34,874 bases of DNA from Chiloscyllium plagiosum (GCF_004010195.1 NC_057711.1:82413872-82448745); one strand, 5' to 3'. Shown: positions 12,286 through 23,958, counted from the first letter of the stretch. Notes: generated by a model not told the origin, from the sequence alone. Numbers and translations: made by a program.

Positions 12286-12649
12286 TAATAGGGTTAAAGA
12301 GAATCCAAAGGGATTTTATAAACACATTAAGGATAAAAGGGTAACTAGGGAGAGAATAGGACCCCTCAAAGATCAGCAAGGCAGCCTCCATGTGGAACCT
12401 CAGGAGATGGGGAGATACTAAATGAGTATTTTGTACTTACTGTGTTTACTGTGGAGAAGGACATAGAAGACACAGAATGTGGGGAAAAAATGTCCATAGT
12501 ACACAGGAGGAGGTGCTAGATGTCTTAAAATGCATAAATCTCCAGGATATAATTGGTGTAGCCTAGAACCCTGTAGGAAGCTAGGGAACTGATTGCTGGG
12601 CCCTTTGCCGAGATACTTAGATCACTGATAGTCACAGGTGAGGTGCCGG
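12286..12649 (+). mobile_element. CR1 ORF2 mid fragment (region between APE and RT)
   Basis: NRVKENPKGFYKHIKDKRVTRERIGPLKDQ. Similar to 20472-20670. Confidence 0.8.
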
Positions 12650-12656
12650 TTTTTAA

Positions 12657-13479
12657 TTAGAGTCATAGAGATATACAGCATGGAAACAGACCCTTTGGTC
12701 CAACCAGTCCATGCCGACCAGATATCCCAACCCAATCTAGTCCCACTTGCCAGCACCCAGCTCATATTTCTCCAAACCCTTCCTATTCATATACCCATCC
12801 AGATACCTTTTAAATGTAGACAATTGTACTAGACTCCATCATTTCCTCTGGCAGCTCATTCCATACTCAACCACCCTCTGCGTGAAAACATTGCCTCTGA
12901 GGTCTCTTTTATATCTTTCCCCTCTCACCCTAAACCTATGCCCTCTAGTTCCGGACACCCCACCTCAGGGAAAATACTTTCTCTATTTGTCCTATCCATG
13001 CCCCTCATGATTTTATAAATCTCTATAAGGTCACCCCTCAGCCTCCGATGCTCCAGGGAAAACAGCCTTAGCCTATTCAACCTCTCCCTATAGCTCAAAT
13101 CCTCCAACCTTGACAACATCCTTGTAAATCTTTTCTGAACCCTTTCAAGTTTCACAACATCCTTCCAATAGGAAGGAGACCAGAATTGCACACAATATTC
13201 TAAAAGTGGCCTAACCAATGTCCTGTACAGCTGCAACATGATCTCCCAACTTCTGTACGCAATACTCTGACCAATAAAGGAAAGTATACCAAATGCCTTC
13301 TTCACTATCCTATCTACCTGCGACTCCACTTCCAAGGAGCTATGAACCTGTACTCCAAGGTCTCTTTGTTCAGCAACACTCCCTAGGACCTTACCATTAA
13401 GTTTATAAGTCCTGCTAAAATTTGCTTTCCGAAAATGCAGCACCTAGTATTCATCTGAATAAAACTCCATCTGCCATTG
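12657..13479 (-). mobile_element. CR1 3' portion, interrupted at 13479 by a Penelope-like composite insertion; continues at 15762-15810
   Basis: ORF 12925-13443 (LVRPLLEYCVQFWSP, KLERVQKRFTRML). Tail is the reverse complement of ctctatgactcta at ~12659. Confidence 0.95.
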
Positions 13480-14554
13480 AGGAGAAAGTGAGGTCTGCAG
13501 ATGCTGGAGATCAAAGTTGAAACTTTATTGCTGGAACAGCACAGCAGGTCAGGCAGCATCCAGGGAACAGGAGATTCGACGTTTCGGGCACAGGCCCTTC
13601 TCCATAGCCTACTTATAATGACCCAAAAGTGCCCTGGCAGTTAGCTGTAGGAAAGTGTAATTGAGGCTAAATGAATAGTGAAATTGGAAGTGTTGGAAGA
13701 GGGTAAGAAAGGCAAAGCTGAGAACAGAAAGCCTAGATTGGAGAGTAGGAGTGACAGAAGAACAAATCAGATAAATTAGTGGGAGAAATTGTGGAATCTA
13801 GATGACTTTTAACATGGCGCATTGAGGCCTTTTCGATTCAATTTTATCTTTTCTGGTTCTGAGCAACACTGGCAACTTAATTCTAATTAATGCTAAATGT
13901 GAAAATAATGCTCAAGGAAAATGCGACTCACGACCGTACACCACTAAAATCTAATTATAATTTCATTTGGGCAGATATCCAGGGTTTAATAGAAATTACA
14001 TCAGAAAGTTGGAACACTTGATAATATTATCAGGGACAGCTTATAGCAAAGTCCTGCTTTATTTTTCATATTGATTCTGAATTTGTCTACAATAACAACT
14101 GAATATTGGACACTATTCAAAGGGAAATTATGGTTCAGTCTTTCTAAGAGATCAACTGATGGAATAGTTGAAAACTACACGTCTGTCTTAATTCCAAGAA
14201 TTCAATTATCTACAATCACACAATCAGCATTCAAGACATTGAGTCTGTTCTTGTTGCCAATACTTAAAGTCTAACTTGATGATTGCATTGTTTCTTTGTT
14301 CGCCCTATTTGTGTCAGTGGGCAGTTCGGTAATGTGACATGTTTGGTGCTCATGAATAAACCAGCTTTTAATCTTGTAACTTTAGCATCTACCAGCAAGG
14401 TGAGACTTGCAAGGATAGTTGTGACATTTTAATCGGTGTATTCTTTTATACCCTAACATGATTTTTATTGCTGCATTCAATATTTTGTCTGCAATGATCA
14501 AACAATTAGGAGCTCTTAATCTATATTCTTCTCAGGAAGGAAGGACTAAGCAAA

Positions 14555-14692
14555 TTCTGAGCAAAGGTCACTGGACCCGAAACATTAACTTTGATTTCTC
14601 TCCACAGATGCTGCCAGACTTGGTGAACTTTTCCAGCAATTTCTGTTTTTTATTTCCTGATTTGAAGCATCTGCAGTGCTTTCAGCTTTTTT
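14555..14692 (+). mobile_element. Older Penelope-like pLTR fragment of a different subfamily inside the cargo
   Basis: ctgagcaaaggtcactggacccgaaacattaac...cacagatgctgccagac...agcatctgcagt. Homologous to 28343-28540. Confidence 0.65.
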
Positions 14693-14851
14693 TATTCTAT
14701 ATTCTTCTACATTGTATTTTGATGGATGTTCAACAGACACTCAAGATCAAGTTAATCAATTTAACATTGCATCACCATAATGAAAATATCAAAGTTGAAA
14801 CTTTATTGCTGGAACAGCACAGCAGGTCAGGCAGCATCCAGGGAACAGGAG

Positions 14852-14887
14852 ATTCGACGTTTCGGGCACAGGCCCTTCTTCAGGAAT
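14852..14887 (-). ncRNA. Minimal type I hammerhead ribozyme motif (Penelope pLTR type)
   Basis: AUUC-CUGAAGA-A-GGGC(CUGU)GCCC-GAAAC-GUC^GAAU: core, stem II, palindromic ACGU stem III, stem I AUUC/GAAU. Confidence 0.75.
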
Positions 14888-15687
14888 GAGCAGAGAGTGT
14901 TCAGCAGGAGAAGATAAAGGGTAGGGAGGAGGGACTTGGAGGAGGGGCGTTGGAAATGTGATAGGTGGAGAGAGGTCAAGGTGAGGGTGATAGGTCGGAG
15001 TAGGATGGGGGCGGAGAGGTCAAGAAGAAGACTGCAGGTCAGGAGGGCGGTGCCGGGCTGGAGGGATTCGGCTGAGACAAGGTGGGGGGAGGGGGGATGA
15101 AGAAACTGGTGAAGTCCAAGTTCATCCTCTTTGGTTGGAGGGTTCCCAGTCGGAAGATAAGACGCTCCTCCTCCGACCGTCGCGTTGTTGTGGTTTGGCG
15201 GTGGATGAGTCCAATGACCTGCATATCCTCGGTGGAGTGGGAGGGGGAGTTGCGGAGCGATTCAGAGAGCACCTCTGGGCCACCTGGACGAACCAACCCA
15301 ATCACCCTGTAGCACAGCATTTCCACTCCCCCTCCCACTCCACCGAGGATATGCAGGTCATTGGACTCATCCACCGCCAAACCACAACAACGCGACGGTC
15401 GGAGGAGGAGCGTCTTATCTTCCGACTGGGATCCCTCCAACCGCAGGGGATGAACTTGGACTTCACCAGTTTCTTCATCCCCCCTCCCCCCACCTTGTCT
15501 CAGCCGGATCCTTCCAGCCCGGCACCGCCTTCCTGGCCTGCAGTCTTCTTCTTGACCTCTCCGCCTCCATCCTACTCCGACCTATCACCCTCACCTTGAC
15601 CTCTTTCCACCTATCACATTTCCAACGCCCCTCCTCCAAGTCCCTCCTCCCTACCTTTTATCTTCTCCTGCTGAACACTCTCTGCTC

Positions 15688-15723
15688 ATTCCTGAAGAAG
15701 GGCCTGTGCCCGAAACGTCGAAT
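15688..15723 (+). ncRNA. Minimal type I hammerhead ribozyme motif (inverted copy)
   Basis: attc ctgaaga a gggc ctgt gccc gaaac gtc gaat. Confidence 0.75.
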
Positions 15724-15761
15724 CTCCTGTTCCCTGGATGCTGCCTGACCTGCTGTGCTGT

Positions 15762-15810
15762 TCCATCTGCCATTGGCCCATCTGATCAATCTGAGGTAAC
15801 CCTCTTCGCC
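15762..15810 (-). mobile_element. Continuation (5' side) of the interrupted CR1
   Basis: tccatctgccattggcccatctgatcaatctgaggtaaccctcttcgc encodes EEGYLRL on the minus strand. Confidence 0.85.
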
Positions 15811-16429
15811 CCGAATATATTCAATTGGCAGAATGTGAAGGTTCCAGCTCTGAAGCCTTAATAGGCATAACGTTTCTCTGGTAGCCTTTCTATCCACAAA
15901 CATTCAGTAATTTTACTGAGGATGGAAGAGGCCTAGAGTAGCCCTACTACCCACACTGTTCACAATTGAGGACCTTGAGAACCAATTACATTCAAGATTT
16001 GCCAAATTGCATATCTTTGGCTAGCCAGAGGATTTCAGGGACAGGGGAACCTCTCAGCTCACCTTGCTCAAATCTCAGGTGGGAAAGTGGTGGGAGAGAG
16101 TTCGCCTCAATAACTAGTTTCCCCTTTTCAGATCAGCCACCCCCTTCCTCCAAAAAAAAGGTTTTCCCATCCCTTACATGCTCCTTCCCTGCCTGGTAGT
16201 TGTTATAATGCTGGTGTGTCTCCCCGACTATCCATAGCCCTCCCTTCTGCTCCCTCAACTGTCTAGTTGTCTGGATATCCAACTCTTGCTATTAGGATTA
16301 TTTATAATCCTAGCAGTGGATACTGTTCCAATGTGGTACTGCTGAGACTACAGAGCTACAAACCAATAAGATCTTCCTGTGAATAAAGAGTGGGAATCCT
16401 GCTTCCAGCCAACTAATGTTCGTGTTATG

Positions 16430-17039
16430 TTTGGTTTGCTTGCCTTTATTTGTCAGTTCATTGAGAATAGGATTTGGGAGATCATGTTGCAGCTGTACAG
16501 GGCATTGATCGGGCCTCAATCGGAATACTGTGTGCAATTCTGGTTTCCCTGCTTTTGGAAGGATATTGTGAAACTTGAAAAGGTTCAGAAAAGATTTACA
16601 GGGTTGTTGCCAGAGTTGGAGGCTTTCAGCTATTTTCCTTGGAGCGTTGAAGGCTGAGGAGTGATGTTATAGAGCTTTATAAAATCATGAGAGGCATGGA
16701 CAGGGTAAATAAACAAGATCTTTAACCCGGAGTGTGGCAATTCCAAAATTAGAGGGCATAGGTTTAAAGTGAAGGGCGAAAGATTTAAAAGGGACATATG
16801 GGGCAACTTTTTCAGGCAGAAGGTGATGCCTGTGTGGAATGAGCTGTCAGAGGAAGTGGTGGATGCTGGTACAGTTACAACATTTAAAAGGTGCTTGGTT
16901 GGGTATATGAATAGGAAGGGTTTAGAGGGATATGGGCCAAAAGCTGGCAAATGGGACTAGATTAACTTAGGATATCTGGTAGGCATGAATGAGTAGGACC
17001 GAAGAGTCTGTTTCCGTGCTGTATATCTCTATGACTCTA
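16430..17039 (+). mobile_element. CR1 3' fragment with tail
   Basis: EYCVQFWFP, KLEKVQKRF, GNFFRQKV. Tail tctctatgactcta. Confidence 0.92.
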
Positions 17040-17150
17040 AGTTGACGTTTCGAATGTATCTCTTCTTCCCCGGATGCTGCCTGGCTTGCTGTGTTCTTCC
17101 AGCCTCCTGCCTATCTACTTAGGATTCCAGCATCTGCAGTTTTTTTTTGT
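17040..17150 (+). mobile_element. Short Penelope-like pLTR remnant
   Basis: ggatgctgcctggcttgctgtgttcttccagc...ccagcatctgcagt, preceded by an inverted gttgacgtttcg. Confidence 0.55.
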
Positions 17151-17159
17151 CTGCAAACA

Positions 17160-18720
17160 CCAACTGGCAGAGAATTCCAGAAACTTACCACTCTGTCCCC
17201 TGGGATCCTTCTACCAATTACCTTAAATCTGTCACCCCTGGTAATTTCGCTAGGGGAAACAGGTCTTCCCTGTTCACTTTAACCAAGCCTCTTCTTATTC
17301 TGTAGGCTTCAATTAATTTATTCCGCAGCCTCCTATGTTCTAAGGAAAATAACCCTAGCTTATCTGGGTATCTAGCATACCTATAATTGTCAAGTCCTGA
17401 CAACATTTTTTTAAGTTTTCGCTGCAGACTCTATACACCAAATATGTCCTTGCTGTAATGTTGTAACCAGAACTGTATACACAATTTCACCCACAGACTA
17501 ACCAAGGTCTTATAAAGTTCCAGCATTACAACGCTATTACTTTCATTACGTAATCCAATATTCAGCTGTCTCCTGCAATGAAATTGCAATTACTAAAATC
17601 CATATAGACAATATCTACTGCATCACTTTCATCAATTCTCCTTGTTACTTCCTCAAAAGATTCAACAGGTTAGTAAGACAAAACTTTCCCTTAACAAAAC
17701 CATACTTACTTACCTGATTAATCAATGCCTTTTGAAACAACATTACACATTTTCCTATCATCAAGGTTGGACTGAACATTCTATAATTATTTGACCTTTC
17801 TCTCACACACTTTATAAATACTGATATAACATTCATAAATCTCCAATCCTCTGTTACCCCACTTGCATCTAGTGGGATTGGAAAATAATCCTCATTGTAT
17901 CCACTATTTCCTCACTGGCTTCTTTTAATAGCTTATAATGTAATTCATATAGCTCTAATGATTTATGCTCTTAAAGAGTTATGTCCTTCCATTACTTCTC
18001 TTTTCATTGAATATTTCACACTCCTTGTCATTAACAAAAATGTTTGCATCACTCCTCTGTTAAAAACAGAGACAAAATACTAATTTAGAAGACACATTTC
18101 TTCATTCAAATATAAACATATCTCTTTCCTTATTTATCCTCTTGCTGTTAGTGAAACGATAAAACACCATTGGATTTTCCCCTAATTTGGCCAGACATTG
18201 TTTTTGTATATTATCTATGCCTTCCTAATTTCCTTTTTCACACACTTTCTATACTTCCCTAAGTTTCCGAAAGAATTACTATTTTTGAGATTTTCTTAGG
18301 GTCTATTTTTCTACTTTATCTTGCCCTCCATGCTTCTGGATAAACAGGAGGCTCAAGATATGGCAGTACCACCTTTTCCCTTTGTAGGGACATGTCTACA
18401 CTATGACTGTAAAATCTTGCTTTTGAATACCTCCTACTGATTTGTATTGATTTTTTCCTTCAAGAGGCTGTAACCAGTCCACTTCTGCCAGATCACATCT
18501 CAGCTTCACACAATTTGTCTTCTCCCAATTTAGAATTTTTATTCCTGTTCCATCTTTGTCCATTTCTGCAATGATGCTAAATCTAATTGTATTACGATCA
18601 TTATTTCCCAAATGATTATCCCACTGCTACTTCATCCATCTGCTCAACTTTTTTTGCATAAGACTAAATCTAGAATTAGACTGACTCTTGCTGGGTTGGT
18701 TATGTGCTGGCAAAAAGATT
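17160..18720 (-). mobile_element. Old, fragmented CR1-like LINE
   Basis: LGLFSLEHRRLR..LIEAY, GFVKGKFCLTNL, ILNWEK.N...LR.DLAEVDW, ILDLVLC (APE end). Confidence 0.7.
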
Positions 18721-19809
18721 TCTCGTGACTATAAAAATAACTGCTTATTGTTGCCAATTTTACTTGAAAGTCACCTGCAAGATTTCCTGTTCTGAGGCCT
18801 GTATGCTCATCTGACCTTTCACTCAGCACTTCTGTTCTCAACCCCAGGCAGTCTTGCCCCAACTCTTCTCCCTCTGCGACTGTAGCTCTCAATCCTGTCT
18901 CCTGACCTGCCTTCTGGCCTTGCCTATTGCCCCTAGACCCCAGCCTTGTCTCTCTTCGGGCCTTGCCTCTTTCCAGGCACTGCATCTTGGGTTTTACCTC
19001 TGCTCTCAGGTCATGTTCCTCAGGCCTTGCGTCAATGCCATGCCTTGCGTCTAACCCTACCTTTGAGAAAGTTATGAAATACGTATAGAATAAATTGAAG
19101 CTGAATTTTCAAACCATGATGCTAATTCATGAGCCCTTTGTTCTTAACATTTTGTGGAGGATAAATTGTGAATGTAGCAGTGCACTGAAAGCCAAGTGTC
19201 CCAAGTAAGTTGGCTCTCATTAAGCAGAGGTGACATCTCTAACTCAGGCACATTCAAAGGATAAAAAATGGATACCTACCCAAGGACTTTCTGAGTACCT
19301 TAGCCATAAGGCTAGTAGGACAGACAAATTTCTGCATCAAGGATACTTGCAAGGGTGCAAAGAATGCCCCAAAATATTGATTTTCATACTTGTGAGACAC
19401 TATGTAAACAACATCTCAATGTCACATCTAATAACTGCTTCTTAAGCAGCACTTGGGACAGAACCTGTTGTCTCAGATTGATCTTTTCAGCCATCAGCAA
19501 AAGTGCACCATTGGAAGCTACCCCAAACCCAATGGATTTGATTCGCTGCTTGTCAATCATCATACCTACATGGATGGATGCTGCTGACAATGACAACATT
19601 AAACCTCACCTATTTGCAGAAACAATGTAATAAACACTCCTGACCCCAGGTCCAGGACTGCATCCCTTTAATTATTAGTCAAGAACTGTCAAGGACTACC
19701 ATCTAATCTAAGTCCAGAGAAGAAATAATGCCCAACTTGGGCTCATCAAACAGCCTCAACAGCATCAGGTCATTTAGAATATGTTAATATTTACAATATT
19801 ATATCCATA

Positions 19810-20026
19810 CAGGTAGTTCTCCGATAACCACAATGGCATTCTGGCACAACCCCGCACTGCGGAAAAATCATGCTGTAGAAATAGTGCTTAAAGAGCTGGT
19901 GATGTAATCATGTTACAGCCAACACACGTTTTAAAAGTGCATGCTTTAGAAACTGTGTCCCCAATTTGTAAATCACATAATAGTGAATTTGCATTAACAA
20001 AATGCACATTATAGCAGAATGACCTG
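19810..20026. mobile_element. Tc1/mariner (Tigger/pogo-like) MITE, 217 bp
   Basis: TA at 19808-19809 and 20027-20028. Imperfect TIR caggtagttctccgataa / ttatagcagaatgacctg (14/18). Confidence 0.7.
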
Positions 20027-20161
20027 TATCAGGAAATGCATAAATCATTGTTGTAACTAAATCCATTTTAGTACATCATCAAATAAATAGTCACATCATT
20101 AATTTCTATTCATTAACACCTTCAATCATAATTATCAGTATTTAAGATTTAATTGTCAACA

Positions 20162-20388
20162 ATGCAGAGGGTGATACGTGTATGGAATGAGCTGCCAGAG
20201 GATGTGGTGGAGGCTGGTACAATTGGAACATTTAAGAAGCATTTGGAAGGGTATATGAATAGGAAGGGTTTGGAGGGATATGGGCCAGGTGCTGGCAGGT
20301 GGGACTAGATTGGGTTGGGATATCTTGTAGGCATGGACGGGTTGGACCAAAGGGTCCGTTTCCGTGCTGTACATCTCTATGACTCTAT
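20162..20388 (+). mobile_element. Short CR1 3' end
   Basis: WNELPEDVVEAGT, 3' UTR and ctctatgactctat tail. Confidence 0.9.
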
Positions 20389-20471
20389 AATAGGTATGAA
20401 TAACTGACATTAAGTAATGAGCCTGGCATAGCTACGTACAGTAATTTAGCACTAACTTGCTAATTATAAAT

Positions 20472-22077
20472 TGGAACCACAAGAGATGGGGGAAATACTA
20501 AATGAGTATCTTGTATCAGTGTTTAATGTGATGTATTGAAACATATAAAAGCGGATAAGTCCTCAGGACCTGATCAGATATACCCTATACCTCTGTCGGG
20601 AGCTAGGGAAGTGATTGCTGGGCCCCTTGCTGAGATATTTGTATCATCGATAGTCACAGGTGAGGTGCCGAAAGGCTGGAGTTGGCTAACATGGTGACAC
20701 TGTGTAAGAAGGATGATAAGGACAAGCCAGGGAACTATAGACCAGTGAGCCTGACATCATTGGTGGGCAAGTTGTTGGAGGGAATCCTGAGGGACAGAAT
20801 GTACATGTATTTGGAAAGGCAAGGACTGATTAGGGATAGTCAACATTGCTTTGTGCGTGGGAAATCATGTCTCACAAACTTGATTGAGTTTTTGGAAGTA
20901 GTAACAAAGAGGATTGATGAGGGCAGAGCGATGGATGTGATCTATATGGACTTCAGTAAGGCATTTGACAAGGTTCCCCATGGGACACTGGTTAGCAAGG
21001 TTAGATATCATGGAATACAGGGAGAGGACTAGCCATTTGGATACAGAACTGGCTCAAAGGTAAAAGACAGAGGGTGGTGGTGGAGGGTTATTTTTCAGAC
21101 TGGAGGCCTGTGACCAGTGGAGTGGCACAGGATCAGTGCTGGGTCCACTACTTTTCATTATTTATATAAAATTGGACGTGTAGTGGACAGCAAATGAAAG
21201 TTACCTCAGATTACAATGGGATCTTCATCAGATAGGCCAATGGGCTGAGAAGTGGGTAGTGGAGTTTAATTTCAATAAATGTGAGGTGCTGAGTTTTGGG
21301 AAAACAAATTTTAGCAGGACTTATACACTTAATGGTAAGGTACGGGGGAGTATTGTTGAACAAAGAGACCTTGGAGTACAGATTCACAGCTCCTTGAAAG
21401 TGGAGTCGCAGGTAGATAGGATAGTGAAGAAGGCATTTGGTATGCCTTCCTTTATTGGTCAGAGTATTGAATACAGGAGTTGGGAGGTCATGTTGTGGTT
21501 GTACAAGACATCGGTTAGGCCACTTTTGGAATATTGCATGTAATTCTGGTCTCCTTCCTATTGGACGGATATTGTGAAACTTGAAAGGGTTCAGAAAATA
21601 TTTACAAGGATGTTGCCAGGATTGGAGGATTTGAGCTATAGGGAGAGGTCGAATATGCTGGGGCTGTTTTCCCTGGAGCGTTGGAGGCTGAGGGGTGATC
21701 TTATAGAGGTTTACAAATTCATGAGGGGCATGGATAGGATAAATAGACAAAGTTTCTTCCCTGCGGTGGGAGTCCAGAACTAGAGGGCATAGGTTTAGAG
21801 TGAGAGGGGAATGATATAAGAGAGACCTAAGGGGCAACTTTTTCACGCAGTGGTCGATACATGTATGGAGTGAGCTGCCAGAGGAAGTGGTGGAGGCTAG
21901 TATGACTGCAACATTTAAAAAGCATCTGGATGGGTATATGAAGGAAGGGTTGGAGAGATATAGGCCAGGTGCTGCCAGGTAGGAATAGATTGGGTTGGGA
22001 TATTTGGTCAGTATGGACGAGTTGGACCGAAGGGTCTGTTTCCGTGCTGTACATCTCTATGACTCTATGACTCTATG
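20472..22077 (+). mobile_element. CR1 LINE ORF2 (RT) to 3' tail, frameshifted
   Basis: PGNYRPVSLTS, DVIYMDFSKAFDKVPH, VRPLLEYC, (ctctatga)n tail. Confidence 0.95.
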
Positions 22078-22399
22078 CTGTTAAACTGTGCACCTGGGAT
22101 TGACATAATAGTGACATCAGTTTATGACCAACTTCATAAATCAATGGCAAGTTAACAGCTTTAAATGACTTCCTTTAACTTAGCTCAGCTTAACACTCAC
22201 CTGCTTTCATTAATTTCCTAATCATTTATAGCTGGAGAAACATCTTTAATAGCTTCTCTTCTCACTCATTTACCAAGAACTCTGGTGTAACGCTCGTGCA
22301 TCCTTGCTTTCACCCATTTTATATTTGTATGCTATCTCTTGGTAATATTGTACGAAAACACGGCATCAGTTTTTGCATGTCAGCTCACAACATCTCTAC

Positions 22400-23130
22400 C
22401 ATTACTGGCCCAACATTCACTGGACCCGAAAGTTCTTCCAACTAAATAACGGGAATAGCAAAGCCATGTGCTTGGATTCCTCCACAAACTCCATTCCTTG
22501 TCACTGATTCCATCCTTTATCCTAATAAATGTCTGAAGCTGTACCAAACCACTCGCAATCTTGACATCATAGCCAACTATGAGATGAGCAACTGACCACA
22601 TATCTCTCCATTCTAAGATTACCTACTTCACCGCTGAAGCAATGGCTGACACTATTCCACCGCAGCTCATCCATGCTTTCAACTTGACTACACCTGGCCC
22701 ACCTTCCACATTCTGCCCCTTCATAAAAATGAGGTCAGCCAAAAACGTTGCTGTTCATGTCCTAATTTGGACCAATCCTATTCACCAACATCCCTATTCT
22801 TTTATATTACAGTTGAGCAATGCCTCTCTAATTGCAAACAGCCAGGTATATGTGCTCCTCCAATCTGGCCTTTTCACCATTCTTAATTTTTATCACGGTG
22901 CTGTCAAAGCCAGGCTTCTATCTGCCAAAGGCCCTGTTCCGAAGTTTCTTCTCTAAATCTCTCAGCCGTGATACCTCCATTAAGACATTCCATAAAACAC
23001 ACATCTTCAACATGCTTTTAGTCATCTATCCTGATATCTCCTTTTTTGGCTCGTTGAAAAATTTTATTTAATAATCTTACCATAAAGCACTGTGGGATAT
23101 TTACTACATTAAAGGTGCTAATATAATATA
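22400..23130 (+). mobile_element. Decayed L2-like LINE 3' fragment
   Basis: QLIHAF motif, KTFHKTHIF-like terminus, and 3' end taaagcactgtgggatatttactacattaaaggtgcta typical of L2 tails (recalled). Confidence 0.55.
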
Positions 23131-23361
23131 AGGTACTGTTATACATATATTTTTAAGTTAAAATAGTTCAGCTTATAACTAACATGCCCACACTATTAAC
23201 AATTAATTACATTCAAAGTAGAAAACCTCTGAACTTACAGTCCTAAATAAAGCAACAAAAAGCAGAACATTAGCTTTTGTCTACTTCCTGTTAATTCAAT
23301 AGTAAGAAAAAACAGCTGGTATTCTGCCAACCTATACTTAGTAAAGTTTAACACTTCTAAC

Positions 23362-23535
23362 CTGTTTTAACCAATTCTTTAATGAGTTCTTCCTTCATAC
23401 GAATATTGATGGCAAGTTCCCTTATTTTCTGCTTGGAATGCGCCACATCCTTGTCTGCAGTCTTCAATTTCTTCATGTTTAACACTTGGCTCTGTCGCAA
23501 ACGGTCAGCCTCAGAGGAAGAATTCTGTTGTGGAG
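23362..23535 (-). CDS. KIF27: KIF27 internal coding exon (174 nt, phase 1 to 1): APQQNSSSEADRLRQSQVLNMKKLKTADKDVAHSKQKIRELAINIRMKEELIKELVKT(G)
   Basis: Acceptor tgtag|CT after a long T tract, donor ACAG|gttaga. Contains the KIF7/KIF27 coiled-coil motif QKIRELAINIRMKEELIKELVKTG. Confidence 0.93.
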
Positions 23536-23675
23536 CTACATATTCAAAAAAAAGAAAGAAAATAATTTTTAAAATAAAGTAAACCAAATACTTATACAGA
23601 AGTAGTTGAGTTAAGTTATGGCGTGTGATGTACCAACGTAGAGACTGCTCCCACCACTTTCAATCTCAACTAACC

Positions 23676-23958
23676 TAGCACTGCTGCCTCACAGTGCCAG
23701 AGACCTGGGTTCAATTCCCGTCTCGGGCAACTGTCTGTGTGGAGTTTGCACATTCTCCCAGCGTCTGTGTGGGTTTCCTCCGGGTGCTCCAGTTTCCTCC
23801 CAGAGTCCAAAGATGTGCAGGTTAGGTGAATTGGCCATGATAAATTGCCCGTAGTGTTAGGTGTAGGGGAATGGGTCTGAGTGGCTTGCTCTTCGGAGGG
23901 TCGGTGTGGACTTGTTGGGCCGAAGGGCCTGTTTCCACACTGTAAGTAATCTAATCTA
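23676..23958 (+). mobile_element. HE1-like V-SINE, slightly 5'-truncated
   Basis: Highly similar to 4363-4654: B box, V-domain, (taatc)n tail. Confidence 0.92.

Larger units (their letters stand above)
13480..15761 (-). mobile_element. Composite Penelope-like insertion: pLTR, 1,186-bp cargo, pLTR/EN tail, inverted copy; 14-bp TSD
   Basis: TCCATCTGCCATTG at 13466-13479 and 15762-15775. Identical direct repeat 13510-13601 = 14788-14879. GIY-YIG C-terminal peptide AERFREHL...PVAQHFHSPSH...ERLIFRLGSLQPQGMN. Confidence 0.88.
14810..15765. repeat. Inverted repeat with 441-bp arms (14810-15250 / 15325-15765) and 74-bp spacer
   Basis: Arms align without gaps; 11 mismatches by manual count (~97.5% identity). 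Confidence 0.97.

Noticed and set aside
12286..13479. Twin-priming inversion of a single CR1
   Set aside because: The 3' tail faces inward rather than outward and no shared TSD was found, so these are treated as two fragments.
13602..14787. Protein-coding cargo (ORFs 14071-14274, 14458-14889)
   Set aside because: No recognisable domains, and the longer ORF runs through repeat sequence. The cargo looks non-coding.
15039..15599. Mirror-image ORFs on both strands as a novel gene pair
   Set aside because: They result from the inverted repeat of a PLE endonuclease tail. No complete domain is present.
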